Shown: positions 1-10,315 of the stretch, one piece after another
Layout of the letters: the number at the start of each line of letters is the position of its first letter
How positions within the stretch are numbered: position 1 is the stretch's first letter
Origin: an uncultured bacterium
Lineage (GTDB): Bacteria; Bipolaricaulota; Bipolaricaulia; UBA7950; UBA9294
Length of the DNA stretch: 50,860 bases
Assembly: GCA_913009415.1 (NCBI GenBank)
Contig: CAJVYM010000003.1
Coordinates: 1-50,860 of the forward strand
Reading direction: 5' to 3'
Program-made: the position numbers and the translations under genes
Notes under the pieces: model-generated
Seen by the model: the letters and a program-made list of their open reading frames with translations, nothing else
Database searches by the model: none
What the model was told of the DNA's origin: nothing

Positions 1-635
1 AAGGCGATCACACCCCCGGTAATTGCCGCTTCGACCGGCCCGGCGATGGCGAGGTGGGCAATCAGCATGGCGGGGATCGTTTGAGCAAGGCCATAAGGAC
101 AATAAAGGGGGACACCGGCCGCTGTGTGGAACAAATAGGGTTGAATACCGAACTCTATCGCCGCCATCAACGCCGCAGCATTGATCCCGACATACGCCCC
201 GACGGCCGCGCCGATCCACCTCCGGCGTGAAGCGAACGGAGATCGCCAACTAATGAGCCGATAGATGAAATACCCCACAAACGGGAGCACGAATCCCATG
301 TTGAAGCAGTTGGCCCCAATGGCGGTGATTCCGCCGTCTCCGAAGAAGAGGGCTTGAACGACCAGCGCCAATGATTCACCGATGAGAGCTGCCCATGGTC
401 CCAACAGAATGGCGATGAGCGTTCCACCGACGGCGTGGGCCGTCGTTCCGCCGGGAACGGGGACATTGAACATCATGATGAGAAAAGAGAACGCAGCAAG
501 CAGAGCCAAAACCGGTACTGTGCGGCGGGTAAACGTCCTTCTCATCACCACTCCCGCTCTAGCCCAAAGCGGAAGACTCACCGCATACATCACTCCACAC
601 GTTACTGGTGACAAGTACCCATCAGGTATGTGCAT
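1..635 (-). CDS. nikM: ECF-type nickel/cobalt transporter S component NikM/CbiM (runs off the window start)
   Basis: Hand translation (absent from ORF track): MHIPDGYLSPVTCG...MMFNVPVPGGTTAHAVGG...VQALFFGDGGITAIGANCFNM...EFGIQP, open to position 1. The MHIPDG N-terminus is the NikM-type metal-binding motif. Confidence 0.9.
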   Translation of the reverse strand, partial: MHIPDGYLSPVTCGVMYAVSLPLWARAGVVMRRTFTRRTVPVLALLAAFSFLIMMFNVPVPGGTTAHAVGGTLIAILLGPWAALIGESLALVVQALFFGDGGITAIGANCFNMGFVLPFVGYFIYRLISWRSPFASRRRWIGAAVGAYVGINAAALMAAIEFGIQPYLFHTAAGVPLYCPYGLAQTIPAMLIAHLAIAGPVEAAITGGVIA

Positions 636-742
636 CTTCTCTTCCTTTCAAGTAGCTAGAAACCCCTGATTCCTTCTGTGTCCTATAAGTTTGAAGGTAT
701 CAAGAACAGACGCTAAAGAAAACTCGTTTGCCCCATCGCCGG

Positions 743-769
743 GTATTACTTTTATAGCATTCGTAACAC
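743..769. promoter_or_regulatory. NikR-like operator
   Basis: GTATTAC-N13-GTAACAC dyad about 110 bp upstream of nikM; matches the GTGTTAC-N13/14-GTAACAC type of NikR signal. Confidence 0.75.
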
Positions 770-919
770 AACAATTATGTTAATGCTTCCACTTGGAAAA
801 AACAAGGTTCACGAGAGATCAGATTTTCCGGCTTACCGAGGGGTACACATTTGGAGGAGTGGGCCAATACCGCAACATGGTAAACGAAGGGGTCGGAAGT
901 GAAGTGAGGAGTAGACAGG

Positions 920-1927
920 TTATTCATAGGCGCGCTCCTTCATCCACTCGTCGGAGTGGAATTGCCTCAAATAGTGCTTTCCGGTATCCGGGAGGAGGAG
1001 CACGATCATCTTTCCCCGTCTCGTCTCTTCTCGTCCGATCTCCAGAGCGATATGGACGGCGGCCCCGGCTGAGCCACCCACTAGGAGCCCTTCCTCACGC
1101 ACCAGGCGGCGTGCGGCGATGAACGACTCCCGATCCCCTACCTTGCGGATCTCATCGATGTACTGGAAGTGCGTCGTCTCGGGGATGATGTCCTCCCCGA
1201 TCCCTTCCACCTCATATGTATGGGCCTCAAGTAGCTCGCCGGTCTCAAAGTAATGCTTCAGGACAGAGCCCTCGGGATCGACGCCGATGACCCTGATCGA
1301 CGGGTCTTTCTCCTTCAGGAAGCGGCCTACCCCGCTTATTGTCCCTCCGGTGCCCAGCCCGGCGACGAAGTAGTCGAGCCGGCCCTGTGTCTGTTCCCAG
1401 ATCTCCGGTCCGGTGGTCAGGTAATGGGCCTCGGGGTTCTTGGGGTTGGCGTATTGGTTTGGCATGAAGGCACCGGGGGTCTCCTGTATGATCCTCCTGG
1501 CCACGGAGTAATAGCTCGCGGGATCATCAGGCGCCACCGCGGTAGGGCAGACGATCACCTCGGCCCCGTAGGCCCGCAGGAGGTTGACCTTCTCCTCGCT
1601 CATCTTATCGGGAATGGTGAAGATCGTTCGGTAGCCTTTGAGCGCCGCGACCAACGCCAGGCCGACCCCGGTGTTCCCAGATGTCGGCTCGACGATCGTC
1701 CCTCCCGGCTTTAGCCTCCCCTGCCTCTCCGCCTCTTTGATCATGGCGATCCCGATCCGGTCCTTCACCGACCCGCCAGGATTGAAGTACTCCACCTTGG
1801 CCCAGATCTCGGCCTCGATCCCGGCGGTGATCCGGTTCAGGCGGATCAACGGCGTCCAACCGACCGCCTCCAGGACGTTCGAGTACACTCGCAAATCCCT
1901 GTCTGTATTCATATTCAAGGCATTCAT
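920..1927 (-). CDS. mccA: Cystathionine beta-synthase / cysteine synthase family PLP enzyme (MccA-like, no CBS regulatory domain)
   Basis: NPGGSVKDR PLP lysine, EPTSGNTG, GLGTGGT, EGIGED; follows a cystathionine gamma-lyase. Confidence 0.85.
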   Translation of the reverse strand: MNALNMNTDRDLRVYSNVLEAVGWTPLIRLNRITAGIEAEIWAKVEYFNPGGSVKDRIGIAMIKEAERQGRLKPGGTIVEPTSGNTGVGLALVAALKGYRTIFTIPDKMSEEKVNLLRAYGAEVIVCPTAVAPDDPASYYSVARRIIQETPGAFMPNQYANPKNPEAHYLTTGPEIWEQTQGRLDYFVAGLGTGGTISGVGRFLKEKDPSIRVIGVDPEGSVLKHYFETGELLEAHTYEVEGIGEDIIPETTHFQYIDEIRKVGDRESFIAARRLVREEGLLVGGSAGAAVHIALEIGREETRRGKMIVLLLPDTGKHYLRQFHSDEWMKERAYE

Positions 1928-1935
1928 CTCTCCTC

Positions 1936-3063
1936 CTAAAGTGTCTTTAAGGCGTCTTCCAAGTCCCGTTTGAGATCGACGTAATTCTCGATCCCCACCG
2001 ATATCCGGAGCAGGTTCTCCTTGATGCCCCGATTTCGCCTCTCCTCCTTGGGGATGGCGGCGTGGGTCATCGAGGCCGGATGACAGATGAGGGACTCCAC
2101 CCCACCGAGGCTCTCGGCAAGGGTGATTACTCTGAGCCTCTTTAAAAAGGTGACCATGTTCCTGTTGAGCTCGAAGCTGACCATCCCCCCGTAGTCCCGC
2201 ATCTGCCGGCCGGCCAGCTCATGGCCCGGATGGCTTGCCAGGCCGGGGTAATAAACCCTGCTCACCTTGGGGTGCGTCTCCAGGAACTCCGCCACCCGCT
2301 GGGCGTTGGAGCAGTGGCGTTCCATCCGCAGGGCGAGGGTCCTGATCCCCCGCAAGACGAGGAAGGAGTCGAAGGGGGAGGGGACGGCCCCGATGGTATT
2401 CTGGATGAATTTCAGCTTCTCATGGAGCCTGTCGTCAGAGGTCACGACCGCTCCGCCGATGACGTCGCAGTGGCCGCCCAAGTACTTGGTCGTGCTGTGG
2501 ACCACGATGTCCGCCCCCAGCTCAAGGGGTCGTTGCAGGTAAGGAGAGGAGAAGGTGTTGTCGACCACTAGGAGAGCCTCGCCCTTCAGCGCGGCGATCG
2601 CGGCGATATCGGAGATCTTGAGCAGGGGGTTCGTGGGGGTCTCCAGCCAGATCATCTTGGTCCTCTCCGTGATGGCGACGTTCGCGGCGTCACCGGTGTC
2701 GAGGTAGGTGAAGCGCAGGCCGTACTTTTCGAGCATCTGAAAGAGCCTGTAGGTACCGCCGTAGACGTCGTCGGAGACGATCACCTCGTCCCCCGGGCCG
2801 AGGAGCCTCAGCACCGCGGAGATCGCCGCCATCCCCGATGCGAAGGCCAGCCCGAAGCGCCCCCCTTCCAGGGCGGCCAGCTTCTCCTCCAGCCCGCGCC
2901 TGGTCGGGTTGCCCGTCCGGGAATACTCGAAGCCCTTATGAACTCCGGGCTCCTGCTGAGCGAAGGTCGTGCTCGGGTGGATCGGGGGTGCGATCGCCCC
3001 TGTCCCTGGGTCCGGCTGCTGATGAACCGCCAGTGTCTCGAATTCCAGTTGCATTCTGATCAT
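1936..3063 (-). CDS. mccB: Cystathionine gamma-lyase/synthase (MccB-like)
   Basis: YSRTGNPT, FASGMAA, ETPTNP, VDNTF, HSTTKYLGGH, LAESLGGVESL. Start moved to ATG 3063 (ATGA overlap with the upstream stop, SD GGAAAGGAG). Confidence 0.88.
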   Translation of the reverse strand: MIRMQLEFETLAVHQQPDPGTGAIAPPIHPSTTFAQQEPGVHKGFEYSRTGNPTRRGLEEKLAALEGGRFGLAFASGMAAISAVLRLLGPGDEVIVSDDVYGGTYRLFQMLEKYGLRFTYLDTGDAANVAITERTKMIWLETPTNPLLKISDIAAIAALKGEALLVVDNTFSSPYLQRPLELGADIVVHSTTKYLGGHCDVIGGAVVTSDDRLHEKLKFIQNTIGAVPSPFDSFLVLRGIRTLALRMERHCSNAQRVAEFLETHPKVSRVYYPGLASHPGHELAGRQMRDYGGMVSFELNRNMVTFLKRLRVITLAESLGGVESLICHPASMTHAAIPKEERRNRGIKENLLRISVGIENYVDLKRDLEDALKTL

Positions 3064-3890
3064 CTCCTTTCCTTGATTCCGACCAGGATGAGGGAGCATT
3101 CCACGGCGAGCAGCTCCGTCCCGGCTCGGCCCAGCTCCTCCAATTTGTTCTTCAGCACACTTCGCGCCTCCTCCCACATGCAGGGGGGCAACGGCTTCAG
3201 GTACAGTTCGGCGGTTATGGTGTTGATTCGGCGCAGGTACTGCTCCGGGGTGATGGGATCCTCGATGCTCAGGTGAAAGCGACGATGGATGGAGAGGCCC
3301 AACTCCTCCAGCTTCTTTTGCAACTCCCGCCCGTCGAACCTCTGTGCCCCGATGAGCTCATCCGCTTTGATCTTCTCAAAGTGCTTGGGGTAGCAGAGGA
3401 GGAGCTCTTCCAGGGCCTCGTAGAAGAAATCGTAGAAACGGGATTCTGCCGTGATTAACCCGATCTTTCCCCCTTCTTTGAGGACACGGTGTATCTCGGC
3501 CAGGGCCCGGTCTGGATCCGGGACCCAGGGGAGCATGAAGCTGCTCACCACGAGATCGAAGCTCTCGTCCGCGAAGCTCAGGGAGAGCGCATCTTCCTGG
3601 TGGAAGGAGATGTTCTCAAGCCCCTCTTCCCCAGCCTTCGCCCGAGCGATCCCTAATACTTTCTCGTTGATGTCCACCCCGACAACCTCCCCGTGGGGAA
3701 GGCTCTGAGCCAACCTCAGGGTAAGCCCCCCGGGGCCGCAGCCTACGTCCAAGGCTCGTTCCTTGCCTTTCGGGTTCAATTCCGCGATCAGGGCAGCGAA
3801 CTGCCCTACCCGGCAGGGGGTAATCAGCCGATCGTAGTCGTGCGCCGTAATCCGATAGATTTCCTTTACCTGTTCTGCCACGCTTTTCAT
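3060..3890 (-). CDS. Class I SAM-dependent methyltransferase (UbiE/UbiG/YrrT-like)
   Basis: LDVGCGPG motif I, GVDIN, DALSLSFADESFDLV, VLKEGG; SD GGAGG. Confidence 0.85.
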   Translation of the reverse strand: MKSVAEQVKEIYRITAHDYDRLITPCRVGQFAALIAELNPKGKERALDVGCGPGGLTLRLAQSLPHGEVVGVDINEKVLGIARAKAGEEGLENISFHQEDALSLSFADESFDLVVSSFMLPWVPDPDRALAEIHRVLKEGGKIGLITAESRFYDFFYEALEELLLCYPKHFEKIKADELIGAQRFDGRELQKKLEELGLSIHRRFHLSIEDPITPEQYLRRINTITAELYLKPLPPCMWEEARSVLKNKLEELGRAGTELLAVECSLILVGIKERR

Positions 3891-4424
3891 CGCTACCTCC
3901 GTTATTTGATTGGACTAATGTCTGCTTCCATACCATCAGGAGGCGGTGGCGGAGATCTATTTCTATGATTTAACTTTGATAGGGGGAAAGTTCGGAGATT
4001 GCTCAGGAAAGAGGCAACAAAGCCCCCTCCAGGAGTAAAACGGGAATTTGGAAAGGCTGAGGAAAAATGAAAGGCCGCTCATATAGAGGCGGAAACTCAC
4101 ATCAGTGTTGACTAAAGACCGGACAAAGACGACCAACTACTTCAACAAAGGCGATCACCTACCATTATCTTGACCCTCCTCTTTTGGATTGATCGTATAA
4201 TACCAGGGAGTATCCAAGTTATCAAGTTTCCGCATTGCCTCACACAACATGCGCGCGAGGAGGCACTCGTAATGTAACCATGTTGTCCCATAAAGTGCAA
4301 CATCAGGGCGACACACGCTTGGAGCAAGCAGAGGGGATGGCTAGATCCACTGAATGTTGCCTCTTCTTGGCACCGGACCGTTCACTGTTGACAAATCAAA
4401 CGGAATCTTGCGATACTACACTGC

Positions 4425-4453
4425 TTGATCCAGGTTGTGGCAGTCGGTACAAT
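4425..4453 (+). promoter_or_regulatory. sigma70-type promoter for the riboswitch transcript
   Basis: TTGATC-17 bp-TACAAT ending 10 nt before the aptamer. Confidence 0.65.
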
Positions 4454-4463
4454 AAATTTCGTA

Positions 4464-4510
4464 GGGGATGGAGTCCCTCGCGCATCCGCCCTTGGGCTAA
4501 TGACTCCTGC
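4464..4510 (+). ncRNA. Fluoride riboswitch (crcB motif)
   Basis: GGGGATGGAGTCCCTC...GCCC-TT-GGGC-TAATGACTCCTGC. P1, P2 and pseudoknot GGAGT(4470-4474)/ACTCC(4503-4507) fit the GGYGAUGGNGUUCRCC...GCURAUGACNCCURC consensus. Confidence 0.9.
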
Positions 4511-4585
4511 CGGAAAGCTTGGTGGGAGCATGGCAAGCAGAGTCAAGATCGCTCCTTCTAAGCAGCTACTAGGAGGAGTTTTCTC

Positions 4586-6445
4586 ATGAACATTACCAGC
4601 AGAGAGCAACAGCCTACAAACAGCGTGGATAACGCAAAATCCGCTGTGAATCCCGATGTAACCGGCTTATCAGGGATCCTTTCCAACGCTGCCGCATGCA
4701 TCAATGCTCTTGGTAACGGGTATGAATCTATTGCTGGCAAGCTTACGCAGCTACAAGATCGCCTGACACACGGCAGATTCCATTTGGCCGTTCTGGGCCA
4801 ATTCAAGCGGGGAAAGAGTACGCTCCTCAATGCCCTACTGGGCGAAGAGGTTCTTCCAACATCGGTTGTCCCACTGACGGCAATCCCTACGTTCATTCGT
4901 AACGGCGAAAGGCTAAGCGCACGTGTTCAGTTTCAGAATGGGCAGGATCAGCAGTGGGCACAGGTGGAGACATCCGATCAACTGCGCGAGTTCCTCACAG
5001 AATATGTAACTGAGGAGGGAAATCCGAATAACGAGCGGGAAGTGACCCAGGTTGAGGTTTTTTATCCTTCTCCGCTGCTGAACCAGGGGGTTGTGCTGAT
5101 CGACACACCCGGCATAGGCTCGACTTTCCGCCACAATACCGAGGCCACGTTGAATTTCCTGCCACAGTGCGATGCGGCATTGTTCCTGGTCTCGGCTGAC
5201 CCGCCGATCACTGAGGTCGAAGTGAAGTTCCTGCGACAGGTGCGCTCCAAGGTCTCTCGCCTGTTCTTCATACTCAACAAGGTGGATTACCTCGACAATA
5301 GGGATCGTAGGGCTGCCCTCAATTTTCTGCGCACAGTGCTGACAGAGCAGGCCAACTTGCCTGCGGACGCATCGATCTTCTGCGTCTCGGCGCGACAGGG
5401 GGTTGCATCACAGGTAGAGGGCAATGATGCTCTGTGGGAAACCAGCGGCATGGCCGAACTGGAACGCCACCTGGTGAAGTTCCTGGTGGATGAGAAGGCC
5501 GCGGCACTGCGTGAAGCCCTCGGACGGAAGGCCGCAGATGCACTCGCCGAAGCCGCAATGAGGTTAAGGTTGGCCTTGCGTTCACTTGAGATGCCGCTTC
5601 ACGATTTACAGCAGCGCCTCGCTAAGCTGGAGACTAAGATCCGTGAAGCCCGTAGGCAGCGAGAGACAACCGGGGACATGTTGGCCGGTGACAGGCGACG
5701 AATGCATGAGTTTCTGGAACAGACCTCTGAGCAGCTCAGGGAAAAGGCAAGCGAGTACCTGCGCGGGATCGTTCAGGAGACGTTAGCTCGTAATGGCCAG
5801 GCGGGAGAAGATGAGGTTAAGAACGCGTTGGCGGAGGCAATCCCCGGATACTTTGAGCATCAGGTTGGGCAAACGACGGAGCTGTTCACCAAACGCACGG
5901 CAGAGACTCTCAAGCCACACCAGCAGCGGGCCGACGAGCTGATAGAGTCGGTTCGTAAAACAGCGGCGGAGCTGTTTAACGTGCCTTACCACGCCCCGGA
6001 TAGCGCTCGGGCGTTCGAGATGGTCCACCGCCCTTACTGGGTGAAGCACAAGTGGGCGAGCAGCCTGATTCCGATTCCGTCGGGACTAGTGGACCGATCT
6101 CTTCCCGCATCCATCCAGCGCAAGCGCATCCGCAAGCGGTTGCTGGAGCAGGTGGACAATCTGGTGGTGGCCAACGTGGAGAACCTGAGGTGGGCAACGT
6201 TTCAGAGCATCGACCAGACCTTTTCGCAGTTTGCATCGACCCTCGACCGGCGGCTTGCAGAAACCGTGGACGCCACGCACGGAGCGATCCACGCAGCGAT
6301 GGAGCGTAGGCAGAGCCACAGTGATGCCATCGCAAGCGAAGTAGCACAGATCGGGACCGCAACGATGGAACTGGAACAGCTTCGCGCAGACTTAAACAGT
6401 GCGATAGCCGGCTCCCGGGCAGGTGATACTCATGAGCGAGCGTGA
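4586..6445 (+). CDS. Bacterial dynamin-like GTPase
   Basis: G1 [17 protein letters not shown] (G2), LIDTPGIG (G3), NKVD (G4), SAR; long helical/coiled-coil C-terminus. Confidence 0.88.
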   Translation: MNITSREQQPTNSVDNAKSAVNPDVTGLSGILSNAAACINALGNGYESIAGKLTQLQDRLTHGRFHLAVLGQFKRGKSTLLNALLGEEVLPTSVVPLTAIPTFIRNGERLSARVQFQNGQDQQWAQVETSDQLREFLTEYVTEEGNPNNEREVTQVEVFYPSPLLNQGVVLIDTPGIGSTFRHNTEATLNFLPQCDAALFLVSADPPITEVEVKFLRQVRSKVSRLFFILNKVDYLDNRDRRAALNFLRTVLTEQANLPADASIFCVSARQGVASQVEGNDALWETSGMAELERHLVKFLVDEKAAALREALGRKAADALAEAAMRLRLALRSLEMPLHDLQQRLAKLETKIREARRQRETTGDMLAGDRRRMHEFLEQTSEQLREKASEYLRGIVQETLARNGQAGEDEVKNALAEAIPGYFEHQVGQTTELFTKRTAETLKPHQQRADELIESVRKTAAELFNVPYHAPDSARAFEMVHRPYWVKHKWASSLIPIPSGLVDRSLPASIQRKRIRKRLLEQVDNLVVANVENLRWATFQSIDQTFSQFASTLDRRLAETVDATHGAIHAAMERRQSHSDAIASEVAQIGTATMELEQLRADLNSAIAGSRAGDTHERA

Positions 6446-8132
6446 CATCGAGCTTTCCAGTCTCGGACTGGACCTTGAGAAACAAGATCGGTCTACACAA
6501 GCACGTCGAGAAAGCGGTACACCAAAAGATGACGATCACACGGATGGCTTGCAAAGGCTCTCCTCGGACGCGACTGCTTCCGGCAGGGCAAGTACCCCTG
6601 CTCCCTTTCACAGTATTCTCTTTCCACGGAGCACAAGGGAGTACATGCGGGAAACGAAGGAACCACCAGAGTTCTTTCATGACCTTAATCTCGATCAAGT
6701 AGTGGATGCCATTACGAGTGGTTGGGATGAATTTGATCTTAAGCCCTTCTTTTATCGATCTCTTAGAGATCTGGATACGATCACTTATCGCCAGGGGGTG
6801 ATGCGTGATCTGGAGGGGAAAAACGCAATGGAGGCCATCGAGTCGTTCACCGAACGCATCCGCATCATGCGCCGGTATCTCAAGCACTCTCAGGACCTGC
6901 GCTACAAGGAACAGAAGGAAGGTTGGTTTATCGCGTCTGTAAACCTCTACTGTGAAGCAATCGAGCAGTTGTCGCATGATCTAAACGGCCTGCCCCTAGC
7001 TTCACGCGGCCTGCAATCGCTGCGAGAATTTCTTGCATCATACGTACGTTCCAGCGCATTTGAAGAATTAGCTGCCGAAACAAAGAGGCTAACCGATGCG
7101 CTGTCAGCAATCCGCTACTGTCTCATCATCAAGGGAAACCGCATCACCGTGCGCAACTACGATGGGGAAGAGGACTACTCCGCTATTGTGGAAGAGACGT
7201 TTCAGAAGTTCCGGCGTGGGGCGGTGAAGGACTACCGTCGCACGTTCAAGGGCGCGGGAATGAACTACGTTGAAGCGCGGATTCTGGAGCGAGTGGCCTG
7301 GTTGAATCCGCACACGTTCAAGGCACTCGAAAAGTTCTGCGCCGAGTACGCAGAATACCCTAACGAGACGATATTGCGGTTCTACCGCGAGGTCCAGTTT
7401 TATGTGGCCTATCTGCGATATGTCGAGACCTTCCGAAGCTCTGGTCTCAGCTTCTGCTACCCGCAGGTTTCGGATGCCTCCAAGGAAGAAAACGTTAGTG
7501 ATGCCTTCGATCCGGCCCTGGCCCTCAATCTCATTCATGCGCAGGGGACCGTTGTTCCAAACGGCTTCTTCTTGCGCAATCCGGAGCGTATCCTCATCAT
7601 CTCCGGGCCGAACCAGGGGGGCAAGACAACGTTCGCGCGCATGTTCGCTCAGTTGCATTATCTTGCCAGTCTGGGCTGTCCGGTTCCGGGGACAGAAGCA
7701 CAGCTCTTTCTCTTCGACCACCTCTTCGCGCATTTTGAGCGGGAAGAAGACATCACCAATCTTCGCAGCAAGCTGGAGGACGATCTGGTGCGCACGCGGC
7801 GGATATTGAAGCGGGCGACGCCGAGCAGCATTATCATCATGAACGAGGTGTTCGCCTCCACCACCCTCAAGGATGCGCTCGACTTGAGCAAGAAGGTGTT
7901 GGAGAAGATATCGCAACTCGATCTGCTCTCCGTCTTCGTTACCTTCCTCGACGAGTTGGCCTCGCTCAACGAAAAGACAGTGAGCATGGTCAGTACGGTT
8001 GACCCGGACGATCCCGCGGTGCGCACCTACCACTTAGAACGGCGACCGGCCGACGGACTGGCGTATGCCATTGCCATCGCTCAGAAGCATCGAGTAACCT
8101 ACGCCCAACTCAAAGGACGGATCGTCAAATGA
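6432..8132 (+). CDS. MutS-related ATPase A (domain V, no mismatch-binding domain)
   Basis: [48 protein letters not shown] 6432 follows AGGTGA and overlaps the dynamin stop. Confidence 0.85.
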   Translation: MSERDIELSSLGLDLEKQDRSTQARRESGTPKDDDHTDGLQRLSSDATASGRASTPAPFHSILFPRSTREYMRETKEPPEFFHDLNLDQVVDAITSGWDEFDLKPFFYRSLRDLDTITYRQGVMRDLEGKNAMEAIESFTERIRIMRRYLKHSQDLRYKEQKEGWFIASVNLYCEAIEQLSHDLNGLPLASRGLQSLREFLASYVRSSAFEELAAETKRLTDALSAIRYCLIIKGNRITVRNYDGEEDYSAIVEETFQKFRRGAVKDYRRTFKGAGMNYVEARILERVAWLNPHTFKALEKFCAEYAEYPNETILRFYREVQFYVAYLRYVETFRSSGLSFCYPQVSDASKEENVSDAFDPALALNLIHAQGTVVPNGFFLRNPERILIISGPNQGGKTTFARMFAQLHYLASLGCPVPGTEAQLFLFDHLFAHFEREEDITNLRSKLEDDLVRTRRILKRATPSSIIIMNEVFASTTLKDALDLSKKVLEKISQLDLLSVFVTFLDELASLNEKTVSMVSTVDPDDPAVRTYHLERRPADGLAYAIAIAQKHRVTYAQLKGRIVK

Positions 8133-9637
8133 AAGCCCTGTTGATGCATCGCAAGAGAGATTTTGACCTGGCCCAGGAACCAGCGCGCAACGAAGCAGCC
8201 CTGATGCAGGATCTTGAGCTGGATACCCTTCTCAGCGCGATGGCGGGCGAGGATGAGTTTCTTCTCGATGTGGCGCACAAGGCCCTTCTCTGTGGGTTGC
8301 AGAACGACATGGACACAATCATCTATCGACAGGCGGCGCTCAAGGACTCCCTTAAGAATCCGGAGGTTGTCAGGTCTCTCTACGATCTCGCCGTTGAGGC
8401 GATCGTTACAAAGCAAAACCAGCGGCTGGGGATCTTCAGCCACAATCCAAGCGCGATACTGCACGGTGCGATCAACCTGGTAGAGATGTTTACCGGTATT
8501 CTGGAGAAGGTGAGGAACGTCGCGAAGGAGCACGCTGAAGAGTTCGAGTCCGAAGCGTTTAGGAACCTGTTCGCGATGCTCGAAGAGGAATTGAGCGACG
8601 AATACCTGGCGTCCATCAAGGATCGCTTAAAGGAACTGAAGTTCCGCCCCGGAGTGCTGGTGAGTGCGGAGCCGGGCATGGGAAACGAGGCCGAGAATTA
8701 CGTTTTAAGAAAGCCGAAGAAAGAGCGAGGTTGGGTACAACAAATCTTCAGCGCACACCGACCCGCATACTCCTTTTCAATCAACCCTCGTGACGAGGCC
8801 GGGGGAAGGGCCCTGTGGGAACTGCGGGATCGGGGCATCAACCTTGCTGTCAACGCGCTTGCCCAGTCCGCTGATCACATGCTCAGCTTCTTCCATATGC
8901 TGAGGGTGGAACTGGCCTTCTACGTCGGCTCCCTGAATTTGCATGACCGCCTTGCCCCAAAGGGAGAACCGGTCTGCTTCCCTCACCCGGCACCCGTGGG
9001 TGAACGCAGGCATCGCTTCAGCGAACTATACGATGTGTGCCTATCGCTGCACATGGATCGCAAAGTTGTGGGTAACACCGTAGATGCGAAGGGCAAGAGC
9101 CTGGTGATGATCACCGGTGCCAACCGAGGGGGAAAGTCCACCTTTCTGCAAAGCATAGGGCTGGCCCAGTTGATGATGCAGTGCGGCATGTTCGTCGGGG
9201 CCGAGTCGTTCGAAGCGGAGCTGTGCACGGGCCTTTTCACCCACTACAAGCGTGAGGAAGACGCCTCGATGAAGAGCGGCAAGTTCGATGAGGAGATAGC
9301 TCGCATGAGCGACATCGCCGATGCCATCACGCCAAACTCCATCATACTATTCAACGAATCGTTCGCCGCGACAAATGAACGAGAAGGCTCGGAGATCGCG
9401 CGGCAGATCGTGACTGCGTTGCTGGAGCGTCATATCGAGATCTTCTTCGTCACCCATCTGTACGAACTTGCGCGTGGTCTGTACAGCGACAGGACAAACG
9501 ATGCCATCTTCCTCCGAGCTGAGAGGCTGCCGGATGGGACGCGAACATTCAAACTCGTCCCAGGCGAACCACTGGAGACAAGCTACGGCGAAGACCTGTA
9601 CCGGGAGATATTTCTGGGAACTAGGGGATCAGCTTAG
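8129..9637 (+). CDS. MutS-related ATPase B (domain V, no mismatch-binding domain)
   Basis: [45 protein letters not shown]; ATGA overlap with paralog A. Confidence 0.85.
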   Translation: MKALLMHRKRDFDLAQEPARNEAALMQDLELDTLLSAMAGEDEFLLDVAHKALLCGLQNDMDTIIYRQAALKDSLKNPEVVRSLYDLAVEAIVTKQNQRLGIFSHNPSAILHGAINLVEMFTGILEKVRNVAKEHAEEFESEAFRNLFAMLEEELSDEYLASIKDRLKELKFRPGVLVSAEPGMGNEAENYVLRKPKKERGWVQQIFSAHRPAYSFSINPRDEAGGRALWELRDRGINLAVNALAQSADHMLSFFHMLRVELAFYVGSLNLHDRLAPKGEPVCFPHPAPVGERRHRFSELYDVCLSLHMDRKVVGNTVDAKGKSLVMITGANRGGKSTFLQSIGLAQLMMQCGMFVGAESFEAELCTGLFTHYKREEDASMKSGKFDEEIARMSDIADAITPNSIILFNESFAATNEREGSEIARQIVTALLERHIEIFFVTHLYELARGLYSDRTNDAIFLRAERLPDGTRTFKLVPGEPLETSYGEDLYREIFLGTRGSA

Positions 9638-10315
9638 AAGGGATTTCTTCGTTATGATACCGTGACAGAAACCGTAAGAGCAAGCGGAAGCCAACGATGT
9701 CTGCCCGCTCCCCCCCACAGACAGACACAGTGAAATAGTAAGAGGCGATGATAGCCTTGTTGGCAATGCTTGAAACAGATGTTGCCTCACCTAAAATCAA
9801 GGAAGCTTCTTCTGATGAGCAATCGTTGTCTTTTTTTGGAGGTTTCTTGCACTCGCGGCGAGCATTAATGCCTTTATCCATTAAAGTTCATATTATTTAA
9901 CAATAATGTAAATAGGGTACTTCTTAATATGGTAAGGTATTCGTCTCATTTTAAGAATAGCAATAGATAACAATTTAGACTAGTATAAGATTATCCTCTC
10001 ATAAGGGCATATCAGCAACACCCTTCCTGCGGTAGCTTGGTGTTAACCCCAAACTACCGAGTTTGATGCTATGGGTGGTTCAATCCCCGGTTGTTGCGTC
10101 CAGGAATGTAAGTTAATTAGTTCAAAGAATAGAGATTGGTGTTCTTGCGTAATTATACAACTGCTTTCTCCCGGACCTGCTTAATTTGGCTGCTGCCCAG
10201 GGCGTGATATACCTGCCAGCAGCAGGCAGACCGGGCTAGTATGTGCCCTTATTTTGGGGGCTACATGCTACCTTCTACTAGAGTTGGTGATCCTGCTAAA
10301 ATTTAACGGGTCTTC

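Noticed and set aside
636-790. Cobalamin riboswitch upstream of nikM/cbiM
   Set aside because: No B12-box or GCCCCCGC elements; a NikR-like dyad is present instead.
780-919. Antisense SAM-I (S-box) riboswitch downstream of mccA, as in C. acetobutylicum
   Set aside because: Only a vague GGAGGAGTGGGCC..GCAAC resemblance; no ATC.AGAG, GTGC.AA or P1 closure.
3891-4140. T-box leader for the mcc operon
   Set aside because: No AGGGTGGTACCGCG-like motif on the minus strand.
4142-4424. Short ORFs and extra promoters upstream of the riboswitch
   Set aside because: No recognisable motifs; TTGACC/TATAAT spacing is 20 bp, so unsupported.
5976-8033. Long minus-strand ORFs of 333 and 309 aa
   Set aside because: Antisense shadows of the dynamin and MutS-like genes, no motifs.
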